The notes beneath the pieces were generated by a model. That model was given only the letters and a program-made list of their open reading frames with translations. It ran no database searches and was not told the DNA's origin. A stretch of DNA of 59,238 nucleotides from Sphingobacteriaceae bacterium. GTDB lineage: Bacteria; Bacteroidota; Bacteroidia; B-17B0; Aurantibacillaceae. Positions within the stretch are counted from its first letter, which is position 1; each line of letters begins with the position of its first letter. The position numbers were made by a program, and so were the translations under genes. Shown here in pieces: positions 39,224 to 49,200 of this stretch. The stretch covers positions 1-59,238 of the forward strand of contig CANGWA010000001.1 in assembly GCA_947457335.1 (NCBI GenBank). The letters run 5' to 3'.

Positions 39224-39538
39224 TTAGAATAGCAACACAAACAGGTCAATAACCAACGCCAGTCCGGTTAACCATACCAGCAAACGCATTGGTGCTACTG
39301 CCAATATCAATGCCAAGGTAATAATGGTTGGAAAAGCAACCAATGCAATTTGAAACAATTCGTTGTGTGCACCATAGGCAACAGAGATACCGCCCACACA
39401 ACCCACCACTGTGAGCAACATGGCAATGACACCAAAACGATTGAATTCAAGCATGGCCCAAAACTTGCTTTGAACAGGTGCGTGTGAGGTTGATTTGCTG
39501 TGTGTAAAGGCAGCTGAAGAGGATACTGTGGTTTCCAT
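39224..39538 (-). CDS. Small hypothetical membrane protein (3 TM)
   Basis: 104 aa with three hydrophobic segments and its own -7 box TACTTTTG at 39585-39592. Confidence 0.7.
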   Translation of the reverse strand: METTVSSSAAFTHSKSTSHAPVQSKFWAMLEFNRFGVIAMLLTVVGCVGGISVAYGAHNELFQIALVAFPTIITLALILAVAPMRLLVWLTGLALVIDLFVLLF

Positions 39539-39614
39539 TTTTAATTATCGGTTTAGGTTAATAGTCTCAACAATTTAACTTTACCAAAAGTATCGGCAAG
39601 ATCAGGCGGGTCAC

Positions 39615-39650
39615 ATGACTACAGTCATTGCAACTGCTGATGGTCGTCAG
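39615..39650. promoter_or_regulatory. Tandem TGA-N6-TCA palindromes (putative CRP/FNR-family sites)
   Basis: ATGACTACAGTCAT (39615-39628) and CTGATGGTCGTCAG (39637-39650), 22 and 44 bp from the -7 box at 39585-39592. Confidence 0.6.
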
Positions 39651-39709
39651 GAAAATGAACATCTTCCGAAGTCGACATGACTGCGGCCCTAAATAATGCC
39701 TTTTGCGGG

Positions 39710-40831
39710 TTATTTCAGGTTGAGTAATTCGTTGATTTGAAAAATCAAATCGGTGAAAACGATTTTCGGATTTGCGTTGCGTTCGATGTACTGATAATTG
39801 CTATTGAACTCTTCGACCAGCCGTTCATAATTTTTCAGGTGCACAAAGGGCGCAAACTTCTCAAGAAAGGTGCGTTCTTGTCCGCTAAGGCGCACGAGGG
39901 ATTTCTCGCCGTAATTATACATCAATGCGTCGCGAAACACCTCGAGTCCATATAAAAGAAATTGCTTGTGTTTTTCCCTGCCAGCCTTCGCAAAATCCTC
40001 CACCCAGTCCATGGCCTTCAAGGCATCAAAGCGCAACCCAAGCCGCATGAAACTTTGAAACTGGTTGAGAAACGAAACGCCTTCATCGTTTTCGTGAAGT
40101 AGTTTTTGTGCTTCACCATAAACACCCCCCGACAACATTGCGGCCTGTTTCGCTACTTGGCTATCGACATGGTACTGTTTCATCAGTGCTTGTGCCACTT
40201 CTTCTTCGTCCGACTTAAAAAAAGGCACCTGTTGCACCCGCGAAATGATGGTGGCTAAAAGTTGATCTGGTTTACAACTCACCAGAATGAAAATGGTTTT
40301 ATCTGGTGGTTCTTCTAATATTTTCAGCAGCCGGTTCGCTGATTCGGTATTCATTTTCTCCGGCTGCCAGATGATCATAATCTTATAAGACCCTTCGTAA
40401 CTGGTGTAACTAAGCTTGCGTAAAATATCAGAGGACTCTTCTACCGGAATAATGGGTTGCTTGTTTTCCGCATCAATCTGCATAAACCAATCACTCAGAC
40501 TGGTATACGGTTGCTGCAAGAAGTGTTCGCGAAACTCCTTAATCAAGCTGTCGCTAGATTTCACGTGTTTACTTTTTGCAATTGGAAACACCAAGTGCAA
40601 ATCGGGGTGCACCAACTTTGACACGCGTTGACACGGCGAACAGTGTCCACACGGCCCCTCGCTTGAAGGCTGCTGACAAAGCAAATGCTGAGCAAACACC
40701 AACGCTGCTGGCAAATTACCGCCACCGTCTTGTCCCGTTAACAAAAGCGCATGGGGAATGCGTTTTTCATTCACCATTTTTAGGAGGCGCGCCTTGGCTT
40801 CTTGATGGCCGACTATGTCGTTATAAACCAT
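39710..40831 (-). CDS. holB: DNA polymerase III subunit delta'
   Basis: RIPHALL, zinc motif C...CGHCSPC, HPDLH, ANRLLKILEEPP, TIISR. Confidence 0.93.
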   Translation of the reverse strand: MVYNDIVGHQEAKARLLKMVNEKRIPHALLLTGQDGGGNLPAALVFAQHLLCQQPSSEGPCGHCSPCQRVSKLVHPDLHLVFPIAKSKHVKSSDSLIKEFREHFLQQPYTSLSDWFMQIDAENKQPIIPVEESSDILRKLSYTSYEGSYKIMIIWQPEKMNTESANRLLKILEEPPDKTIFILVSCKPDQLLATIISRVQQVPFFKSDEEEVAQALMKQYHVDSQVAKQAAMLSGGVYGEAQKLLHENDEGVSFLNQFQSFMRLGLRFDALKAMDWVEDFAKAGREKHKQFLLYGLEVFRDALMYNYGEKSLVRLSGQERTFLEKFAPFVHLKNYERLVEEFNSNYQYIERNANPKIVFTDLIFQINELLNLK

Positions 40832-41394
40832 TATTTATTGTGTCGGTTCATGGAACGCTCAAGTCCTTCGAAAGCAAAAGCCTTCACAGCCTCCACCGCA
40901 GCATCGATGCGTTCTTGTAACGTTGTATTTTCTTCTTCACCCCATTCCCCTAAAACATAATTCACTTGAGCGCCCTTCTGAAAGGCATTGCCTATTCCAA
41001 ATCGCAAACGGGGATAGGTTGAAGTACCAAGGGTTTCTTGAATGTGCTTGAGTCCATTGTGCCCACCGTCACTGCCTTTGGGACCGAGTCGAATTTTACC
41101 AAAGGGCAAGGCCAGCTCATCTACCAGAACGAGCAGGTTGTCAACGTCTATTTTTTCGGACTGTAGCCAATAGTTCACCGCTTTACCGCTAAGATTCATG
41201 TAGGTAGTGGGTTTAATCACCACCAAGGTACGTCCCTTGTACTTCACTTCTGCAACATCCGCCAGTCGGTCTGACTTAAAGCTGCCTCCTAAATCCTTTA
41301 CCAGCTTATCAGCAATCAAAAAACCGATGTTGTGACGGGTGTTTTTGTACTCATCACCAATATTGCCTAACGCTGCTATAAGGAAGCGGCTCAT
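40831..41394 (-). CDS. pth: Peptidyl-tRNA hydrolase
   Basis: LGN...Y.NTRHNIGF, KPTTYMNLSG, GSDGGHNGLK, RLRFGIG. Confidence 0.97.
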   Translation of the reverse strand: MSRFLIAALGNIGDEYKNTRHNIGFLIADKLVKDLGGSFKSDRLADVAEVKYKGRTLVVIKPTTYMNLSGKAVNYWLQSEKIDVDNLLVLVDELALPFGKIRLGPKGSDGGHNGLKHIQETLGTSTYPRLRFGIGNAFQKGAQVNYVLGEWGEEENTTLQERIDAAVEAVKAFAFEGLERSMNRHNK

Positions 41395-41915
41395 TTTTTA
41401 GTGGATTTCTTCGCAGAGGTTTTGAAAGTGGATTTTTTGGTAGTGCTTTTTTTGATAGTCGATTTCTTAGAAGCGACCGACTTGGTGTCTTTATCCGTTA
41501 CCCTTTTTTCAAACCCGTGCTTGATATTGTAACGAACACAGTCCCAATACTCCTTGGTGTAATTGACAAAAATCTCCTCTCCTTTTTCAATCTCACGACT
41601 GGAAACGATGAAACACTTGTCCCCAAAAATTTCATAATTGGCATTGTTGCTTAACCCTTTTACGCGACTGAGGCCCGCAGCGTCGTTAGCGTAGCGTGCT
41701 TTGTGTTGAGGAGTCGACCAGGCATCAATACAACGCTTATTGCTAATAAAGAACAAGTAACCATCCTTGTTTTCTTTTACCCGCTGTGTGTAGGCTTTCC
41801 AATCAATGATTTCGCCCTTGTATTCAATAACCTTTGCACCCTTTTTAATGGGAGTAGTAGTAAACAGACCCTTGCCTGCTCCTGGTAATTTTGACTTTTT
41901 TACAATTAGTGCCAT
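41391..41915 (-). CDS. SET-domain protein lysine methyltransferase with KKST-repeat tail
   Basis: GKGLF, ARYAND, GEEIFVNY...YW; start ATG 41915; -7 box TATTTTTG at 41930-41937. Confidence 0.85.
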   Translation of the reverse strand: MALIVKKSKLPGAGKGLFTTTPIKKGAKVIEYKGEIIDWKAYTQRVKENKDGYLFFISNKRCIDAWSTPQHKARYANDAAGLSRVKGLSNNANYEIFGDKCFIVSSREIEKGEEIFVNYTKEYWDCVRYNIKHGFEKRVTDKDTKSVASKKSTIKKSTTKKSTFKTSAKKSTKK

Positions 41916-42000
41916 ATCTTCTAAAGGCACAAAAATAACACAATTGAGAGGCTAGTAGTGCAGTGTTAATAAGATGTGGGGATTGAAAGGTATCCCTCGC

Positions 42001-42441
42001 TTAACGCGATGAATTGGCTACTTTTTTGATGTTTTGCTTCTGCTTTTTTAAACGCAAACGCATGCTCTTCCAGTAAGAGGCAGTGTAGTTAACAAAAATT
42101 TCTTCCCCTGCTTTAATGTCCCTTGCTGCCACCACAAAACATTTGTCGCCAAATATCACATAGTCGCAATTGTTCCTCAACCCTTTCACCCGTTTGAAAC
42201 CCATGGCATCATTAGCATAGCGGGCCTTGTAATGAGGCGTGTGCATTGCGTCAATACACAAGTCTTTTCGCAAATAAAACAAATAATGATCTTGTTCCTT
42301 CCTTGCTCGCTTGCGGTATTCCTTGTACCCAATAATTTCTCCTCGGTATTCAATCACCTTGCTATCCTGCTTAATGGCCCGTGTGGTAAATAGGCCCTTG
42401 CCAGAATTGGGAATGCGTGATTTTTTAACGATCAATGCCAT
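42001..42441 (-). CDS. SET-domain protein (paralog of 41391..41915)
   Basis: Same MALIVKKS start, GKGLF, ARYAND, GEEIFVNY...YW; basic tail. Confidence 0.85.
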   Translation of the reverse strand: MALIVKKSRIPNSGKGLFTTRAIKQDSKVIEYRGEIIGYKEYRKRARKEQDHYLFYLRKDLCIDAMHTPHYKARYANDAMGFKRVKGLRNNCDYVIFGDKCFVVAARDIKAGEEIFVNYTASYWKSMRLRLKKQKQNIKKVANSSR

Positions 42442-42502
42442 AAAGAAAAGCGAAGATACGGATCACTTCTCAAATGCAACGCATACACTTCCTTACAATC
42501 GC

Positions 42503-43225
42503 CTACAAATAGCGACCGCCTAACGCCATGAATTTTTCGGAATCACGTGCTTGTGTAACGGCAAAATACTCTGCTCCTGTTGGGTCCAACAACAACACCT
42601 CATCACAGTACTTCATCACCAAATCCAAATCATGTGTGCTAATGAGAATGGATTTACCAAGTGCGGCTTGTGCTTTTAATAAGGCGAAGACTTCGTGGCG
42701 CGAAGCAAAATCAAGAAAGGCGGTGGGCTCGTCGAGCACCAATACAGGTGTTTGTTGTGCGACAGCTCTGGCGAGTAGGACCCGTTGGTACATGCCATCA
42801 CTCAGTTGCTGCAAGGGCTGTTGGCTAAATGCCGTAATACCATATTGGTCCATGACGGCCGCAATTACTTGCTCATCTTCAGGTGAAAGCCGATTCATCC
42901 AATTGGTATAAGGCATACGTGCTGTCGCAATGACCTCCCGCGGTGTGAGATGAAACCCACTCAATCGGCCTGTAAATACAGCAGCCACGTGTTGTGCCAA
43001 TTCCTGTACTGTCAAGTCAGCGACGTTCTTGCCGCTGATGAAGAGTGCACCTGACAATAGCGCTTGCTGACCGCATAGCGTTTTGATCACCGTGCTTTTA
43101 CCCACCCCGTTTTTACCAACCATTGCCACCAATCTGCCTGACGGCAAGACATGGTCTAATGCGATCAATGGGCGGGAAGGATACCCAAATTGGGCTTGAT
43201 TAAATATCACTCCCTCGTTTACCAT
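42503..43225 (-). CDS. ABC transporter ATP-binding protein (BtuD/FepC type)
   Basis: GKNGVGKS, LSDG, LDEPTAFLD, STHDL. Confidence 0.9.
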   Translation of the reverse strand: MVNEGVIFNQAQFGYPSRPLIALDHVLPSGRLVAMVGKNGVGKSTVIKTLCGQQALLSGALFISGKNVADLTVQELAQHVAAVFTGRLSGFHLTPREVIATARMPYTNWMNRLSPEDEQVIAAVMDQYGITAFSQQPLQQLSDGMYQRVLLARAVAQQTPVLVLDEPTAFLDFASRHEVFALLKAQAALGKSILISTHDLDLVMKYCDEVLLLDPTGAEYFAVTQARDSEKFMALGGRYL

Positions 43226-44181
43226 TGCTTGTTTTTAAACATTAACCAAATCACCAACGGAGCACCAATTAATGAAGTTACCATGTTCAGTGGAAGTGGG
43301 GCCACGCTATAGGCTTGGTGACAGAGGATGTCCGAAACCAACAAAACCGTACTCCCTAAAAAGAGATTCATCGGCCATTGCCATTGTTGTTTTGCAGTAG
43401 GCAATACTTGCCGCGAGATAACGGGCACAGCTAATCCCACAAAAGAAATGGGGCCACACAAAGCAGTCGCTAATCCGGTGAGTAGTGAGGACAATAAGAT
43501 GAGTTTAAAACGCGACCATTTAAAGGAAATTCCTGAAGCATTGGCATACGCTTCGCCCATCAACAAAGCATTCATGGGTTTGAACAAAAAAGTGGTTAGC
43601 GCTAAAGCGATCACAAGCAGCGGGAAATAAAAGGCAAGATCTCTCATGCTGGCATTTCCTAACGAGCCCATTCCCCACAACACAAAACGCTTGAGCGAAG
43701 AAGGATCGGCAAAATAAGCCAGAGACGTTTCAGCAGATGCAAATATTTGAGCAAGCATCAAGCCAATAATTAGCAAAACAACATTGCTCTGTATACGCGC
43801 AGCAATGGCCAGTACCAAGAAGGTAACCAATACGGCGCCGCTAATCGCCGCGACGGCTATGGACACAGGAAACACTCTGTTAACCGACAACAATAAAACA
43901 CCTACAGCAAGCGAAGCGCCTGAACTGATACCTAACACATACGGTCCCGCTAAAGGATTCTTAAACACTATCTGCATCAATTGACCAGCCACCGCTAAGG
44001 CACCTCCCGCAATTAGCGCAGTGAGCATTTTAGGTAGTCGGATTTGATAAAAAATAAAATCGTTACTAGAAAAATGATGGTAATCCAATGGCTCTGTCCC
44101 ACCCCATATCAAATTAAAGTACACCGCGAGCAGCAGTACAATAAATGCAATGAAAAGTATGTAGTAGTGATGGCGTGCCAT
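43219..44181 (-). CDS. FecCD/BtuC family permease
   Basis: IRLPK, MQ.VFKNPLAGP.VLGISSGA, GPISFVGLAVP. Confidence 0.92.
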   Translation of the reverse strand: MARHHYYILFIAFIVLLLAVYFNLIWGGTEPLDYHHFSSNDFIFYQIRLPKMLTALIAGGALAVAGQLMQIVFKNPLAGPYVLGISSGASLAVGVLLLSVNRVFPVSIAVAAISGAVLVTFLVLAIAARIQSNVVLLIIGLMLAQIFASAETSLAYFADPSSLKRFVLWGMGSLGNASMRDLAFYFPLLVIALALTTFLFKPMNALLMGEAYANASGISFKWSRFKLILLSSLLTGLATALCGPISFVGLAVPVISRQVLPTAKQQWQWPMNLFLGSTVLLVSDILCHQAYSVAPLPLNMVTSLIGAPLVIWLMFKNKQW

Positions 44182-44204
44182 GAGGCGGTAATATTACAAT
44201 TAAA

Positions 44205-45335
44205 TCACTGAAGGCGTCTATAATAATACAACTGTGTGGAGTCAAGTAACCCCTTGTTGTGAAAGATCAAAATCAAATCAGATAAAATGCGTTCGGGATG
44301 GTACATGCCTGTTTCCCAATAAGTGCTGTAACCAAGAGCATTGGTGACTTTGTTATTGTTGTACAACTGTCCCGTTTTAAACGCCTTGAAATAACTGTAC
44401 CGCATGTCATGCCCCGTTAATTCCTTTTTCGATTTTACCAACGGAATGTTGAGCCAGAAATCTGCATTACCTGCCTTTGTATACACTTGCTCAAAGCTTA
44501 GAGGCAAACTTCCTGCGCTTTTGTTTTCTGACCAGGGGTAACGGGCTGCTGCATCTTGCAACAAAGTGGCCATGTTGCTCTTTCCCCCCGGCGTATACCA
44601 TGCCTCACCTACCTTCATTTCAGTAAATACCAAGGGCAAGCTTGAAAAGAATTTAGCAGAATCACGCAGCCGCTCGTACCGCTTTTTAACATAAGAAAAA
44701 ATAGTGTCGGCGGTGGACGATTTTCCTGCAAACGCAGCAAACAATTTTAGCCACTCTGCCCTTGACAACGGCGACGTTTCCAGATGATCTGTGCTTACCA
44801 CAATGGGAATGGTAGTGCGTTTGAGTTGCGACGGTACATCGTCGCCTCCATTGCCCATACCGAACATAAAGATTACATCCGGCTGCAACTGTACTATTTT
44901 CTCGACATCTGGTTCGGGACCTTTTGCCACTTCAGCCACACGGCCTTGAGCAACGGCGTTGCGAAGGTCTGAGTTCACCAAATAATCCCCGTTATCTATT
45001 GCAACCACATTGTTCAAACACCCCAACTCATGCAACATGGCTGCATAAATACTGCTCAACACCACCATACGGCGACAAGGCGTTTGTATACGGGTGTATT
45101 TACGCGGCACCATACCCAAGGCCGAAGTATCGTTCGAGAGCACAAAAAAAGAAGTCGTGTCCAGGTTGTTTTTGTTACCCAACAGCTTCACATATTGGTA
45201 GCTTTCCTGTTCTTCAATAATAAACCGCTGGGCATGGTCCATTCGGTTTTCTTCCCGCTTTCTCTTCTGAGCAGTACTACAAGCTAACAGCAACAGCGCT
45301 GCTAGCAGACTAATGGTGTAGCGGAAGGTGTACAT
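44205..45335 (-). CDS. BtuF/FecB-type substrate-binding lipoprotein (cobalamin or iron chelate)
   Basis: Lipobox LLLA-C, E.IV.LQPD, E..PL.RAEW.K, WYTPGG.S, YWE.G...P..IL.DL; start ATG 45335. Confidence 0.85.
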   Translation of the reverse strand: MYTFRYTISLLAALLLLACSTAQKRKREENRMDHAQRFIIEEQESYQYVKLLGNKNNLDTTSFFVLSNDTSALGMVPRKYTRIQTPCRRMVVLSSIYAAMLHELGCLNNVVAIDNGDYLVNSDLRNAVAQGRVAEVAKGPEPDVEKIVQLQPDVIFMFGMGNGGDDVPSQLKRTTIPIVVSTDHLETSPLSRAEWLKLFAAFAGKSSTADTIFSYVKKRYERLRDSAKFFSSLPLVFTEMKVGEAWYTPGGKSNMATLLQDAAARYPWSENKSAGSLPLSFEQVYTKAGNADFWLNIPLVKSKKELTGHDMRYSYFKAFKTGQLYNNNKVTNALGYSTYWETGMYHPERILSDLILIFHNKGLLDSTQLYYYRRLQ

Positions 45336-46287
45336 GAAATTCTGAACCGTTTGGTGAATGGTCGAGCACCTTAATGCTGCCTCCATGTTGTGAAACAATA
45401 CGCTTAACAATATACAATCCAAGTCCCGTTCCCTTTGCAGAGCGGGTCGCCTCGTCCCCAGTACGATAAAACCGATCAAAGACTTTTAATTTATCTTCTA
45501 CAGAAATACCCTTGCCTTCATCTGTTACCACTAAGCAGGCTTGCTGAGCATCCAGCGTGACTTTAATTTCTACTGGCCGTGGCTCGGGGGAATACTTCAA
45601 GGCATTATCGATTAAGTTAATCACAACCGATGTCAGATTGTGTGCATCGCCCAGCACAATGATTGAACCTTGGGCTTGAAGACGAAGGCGTGCACGTTGA
45701 TTAGTGGCGTGAAAATACCTTTCTATGATACGCTCTGTTAGTTGCGTTAGATCCACTTTCTCAACCATAGGCGTCACTGTTGTGTTCTCAATGCGGCTGG
45801 CCAAAAGTACATTATCAATCAGTTGATTCAACCGATCGTTTTCTGCTAAAGCCGCCTCAAGTAGCTGCGAACGCTGCGACGCCTCAAGTGAAGGCCGTTG
45901 TAGCGTTTGTAATTGCAATTTTGTGGCCGCTATTGGGGTTTTTAATTCGTGGGTAATGCTGAGAAAAAAATTCTCCTGTTGGCGATTAAAAGCGTTTTCG
46001 CGTTCTTGCGCCTTTCTGATATAATTGGCTCCCAAAATTAATAGCAACAAAAACACTGTTCCCTCGCCAGTGAACATCAAAATTTGACGCACTCTTAATT
46101 GATGCAAATTTGCCAATTCCTTTTCGAGACGCGTAGGATCAGCAATGTTGAGCGCTGCAATTTTTTCACGCTCGTTGTTAATGGTATTGCTTTGCTTCAC
46201 CAAAATCCATTGCCACCAAAGAAACTGCAATAGTATATACCCGAGCAGTAGAAAGAACAAAAGCTTTGGTTGCAATTTACGCTTCAT
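45310..46287 (-). CDS. Membrane sensor histidine kinase (orphan in this window)
   Basis: Two TMs, ITHELKTP H-box, NLIDNALKYS, D.G.G, GTGLGL; start ATG 46287. Confidence 0.92.
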   Translation of the reverse strand: MKRKLQPKLLFFLLLGYILLQFLWWQWILVKQSNTINNEREKIAALNIADPTRLEKELANLHQLRVRQILMFTGEGTVFLLLLILGANYIRKAQERENAFNRQQENFFLSITHELKTPIAATKLQLQTLQRPSLEASQRSQLLEAALAENDRLNQLIDNVLLASRIENTTVTPMVEKVDLTQLTERIIERYFHATNQRARLRLQAQGSIIVLGDAHNLTSVVINLIDNALKYSPEPRPVEIKVTLDAQQACLVVTDEGKGISVEDKLKVFDRFYRTGDEATRSAKGTGLGLYIVKRIVSQHGGSIKVLDHSPNGSEFHVHLPLHH

Positions 46288-49200
46288 AGGCAGTTGGCAT
46301 TGCAGGCACTTGTGCTGAAATTTCCTCCAACACTTCACTCGCCCGTTTAATGGATTCTACATCTTCAACGGTTAAATATAGCTTATTGTTTTGTTCTTTG
46401 AGGGTGCAAAGTCGGGGATTCTTTTGGGCAAATAAAATAGACCCTTGGAATTCTGGTGAATTGAAATATTCACTTTGTTGACGACTGATAAAATAAGCCA
46501 ACATCTTTTTATTCTTTAGGGTGATTTTCTCAAACCCCAGGCGCATGGCCTTCCAACGCATGCGCACCACATTAATGAGCTCAACTACCTCTACTGGCAA
46601 TGGTCCAAACCGATCACGCAACCCCAATTCATACCGTTGCAAATCATCTTCCTTAGTAATGCTATCGAGCTCCCTGTATAACAGCAGCCGCTCAGTCAAA
46701 TTGCTCACATAGGCATCGGGTATCAACAGCTGCAAATCGGTATCCACCACCGTTTCTTTAACAAACTGCCGCGAGAAAGCAGATTTGTCCACTTCCTCAC
46801 CGGCTACCTCCTTGTACCAGTTTTCTTCCTTCAACTCTTCAATGGCTTCATTCAAAATTTTCATGTACGTGTCAAAGCCCATGTCGTTAATGAATCCACT
46901 TTGTTCGCCTCCCAACAAGTTGCCTGCTCCACGAATATCCAAATCACGCATCGCAATCTGAAACCCACTTCCTAAATCACTGAATTCGACAATGGCCTTT
47001 AACCGTTTGCGGGCTTCATCGGTCAGCGAAATTTGTGGTGGTGCCAATAAATAACAGTACGCCTTTTTATTGCTGCGCCCCACGCGTCCCCGCATCTGGT
47101 GCAAATCACTTAATCCGAAATTTTGAGCGTCATTGATAATAATGGTATTCGCATTAGAAATATCAATCCCGCTTTCAATAATGGTGGTGGCCACCAATAT
47201 ATCATAATCGCCTTCAATAAAGCCAAGCATCACGTCCTCCAATTTCTCCCCATCCATTTGTCCGTGACCAATGGCTACCCGAGCATCAGGCAACAACCGC
47301 TGTATCATGCCTGCCACTTCCATAATGTTCTGCACTTTATTGTGTACAAAAAACACTTGCCCGCCTCTATCCAGTTCGTGCGCAATGGCATCACGAATCA
47401 ACTCTTCATTAAAAGTATGCAACTCTGTTTGCACGGGATAACGGTTGGGCGGAGGCGTTGAGATGACTGATAAATCACGAGCGCCCATCAAACTGAATTG
47501 CAAGGTACGTGGAATCGGTGTGGCCGTTAAGGTCAAGGTATCCACATTCGTTTTAATGGTTTTGATTTTATCCTTCACCCCTACGCCAAACTTTTGCTCC
47601 TCATCAATAATGAGCAACCCCAAATCTTTGTACTTAATATCCTTGTTCACTAAGCGGTGGGTGCCAATAATAATGTCCAGTTTTCCGTCGGCTAACTTAC
47701 CTAAGACTTCCTTTTGCGTTTTCGCTGTGCGGAAACGGTTCACAAAATCGACATTGCACGGCAAGTCTTTTAACCGTTCTGAAAAGGTTTTATAATGCTG
47801 ATAGGCCAATATCGTTGTGGGCACCAATATCGCCACTTGCTTGCCATCGCAAACCGCCTTAAAGGCAGCCCGCACTGCAATCTCTGTTTTTCCAAACCCT
47901 ACATCACCACACACCAAACGGTCCATCGGATGCGGTTTTTCCATATCCCTCTTCACATCGCGGGTGACCTTCACCTGATCAGGCGTGTCCTCATAGATAA
48001 ACGATGCCTCCAATTCATGTTGCAAGTAATTGTCACGCAAATAGGCATGTCCGGGACGCGCCTTCCGCTCTGCATACAATTTTATCAAATCGTAAGCGAG
48101 CTCCTTAACGTTTTTCTTTGTTTTGTTTTTTAACGTCTGCCAGGTGGTACTGCCCAACTTATCCACCCGCGGCGGTTTTCCTTCCTTACCCGTGTACTTA
48201 CTAATGCGGTGCAAACTATGTATCGAAACATAGAGCACGTCATTGTCTCTAAACAACAGCTTCACACTCTCTTGTGTTTTGCCGTTGACGGTTAGTTTTT
48301 GCAATCCCGCAAAACGCCCAATGCCGTGATCAATGTGTGTGACATAGTCGCCCGGATTCAAGGCTAAAATATCTTTTAACGTAAATGCCTCAGCAGCTTT
48401 CTGTCGCGCTTCGCGCAATTTAAACCGGTGGTAGCGTTCAAAAATCTGGTGATCGGTATAGACGGCTATTTTTAAATCATCATCAATAAACCCCTCGTGC
48501 ACACTAAACGGTAAATAGGTTATGAGCGATTCATACGTGCGGTGCTCCTTCACCAGTAAATCATTGAAGATGGTGATGAGGCGCGCGCCCTGTTTGCTAT
48601 TATCGGTCAAAAAATAATTCTGATACCCCTTCGCCCTATTCTCCTTGAGATGCGCCACCAACAAGTCGAAGTTTTTATTGAACGATGGTTGTGGACGCGT
48701 GTGAAATTCAACCGGCTCACCCTTTAAAGCATTCTTGACGCCATATTCAATACAGCTGTAACGGTCCAACACACCATTGAGCTCCTCAGCAGCAGCATAA
48801 AGCTTCTCTGGAGCAAGTTGTTTCACTTCCCCCGTGTAATTATCAAAAGCTTCCTGCGCCTTTTCCAATTTTCTATTAAAAACTGCAAGACACAATTCTA
48901 AATCTTCGAAAACCAAAATGGTTTGTTCAGGGTCAAGGTAATTGAGCAACAACGATTTCTCATCACTAAATACCGATGAGTTGATATTGGGAAGAATGGT
49001 GACAAATTCAAAATTCGCCACACTCAGTTGCGATGCTGGGTCAAACGTGCGAATGCCATCCACGTCGTTGCCAAACAATTCAATGCGGTAAGGGTATTCG
49101 TTGGCAAAGGAATAGATATCAATGATGCCGCCGCGAATACTGTACTGTCCGGGCTCCGCCACAAAATCCACCTCACTAAATTGACAACTCAACAAAAACT

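Noticed and set aside
45336-45479. N-terminal extension of the substrate-binding protein, or a cobalamin riboswitch upstream
   Set aside because: The region is coding sequence of the histidine kinase; the lipoprotein signal begins at 45335 and no B12-box was seen.
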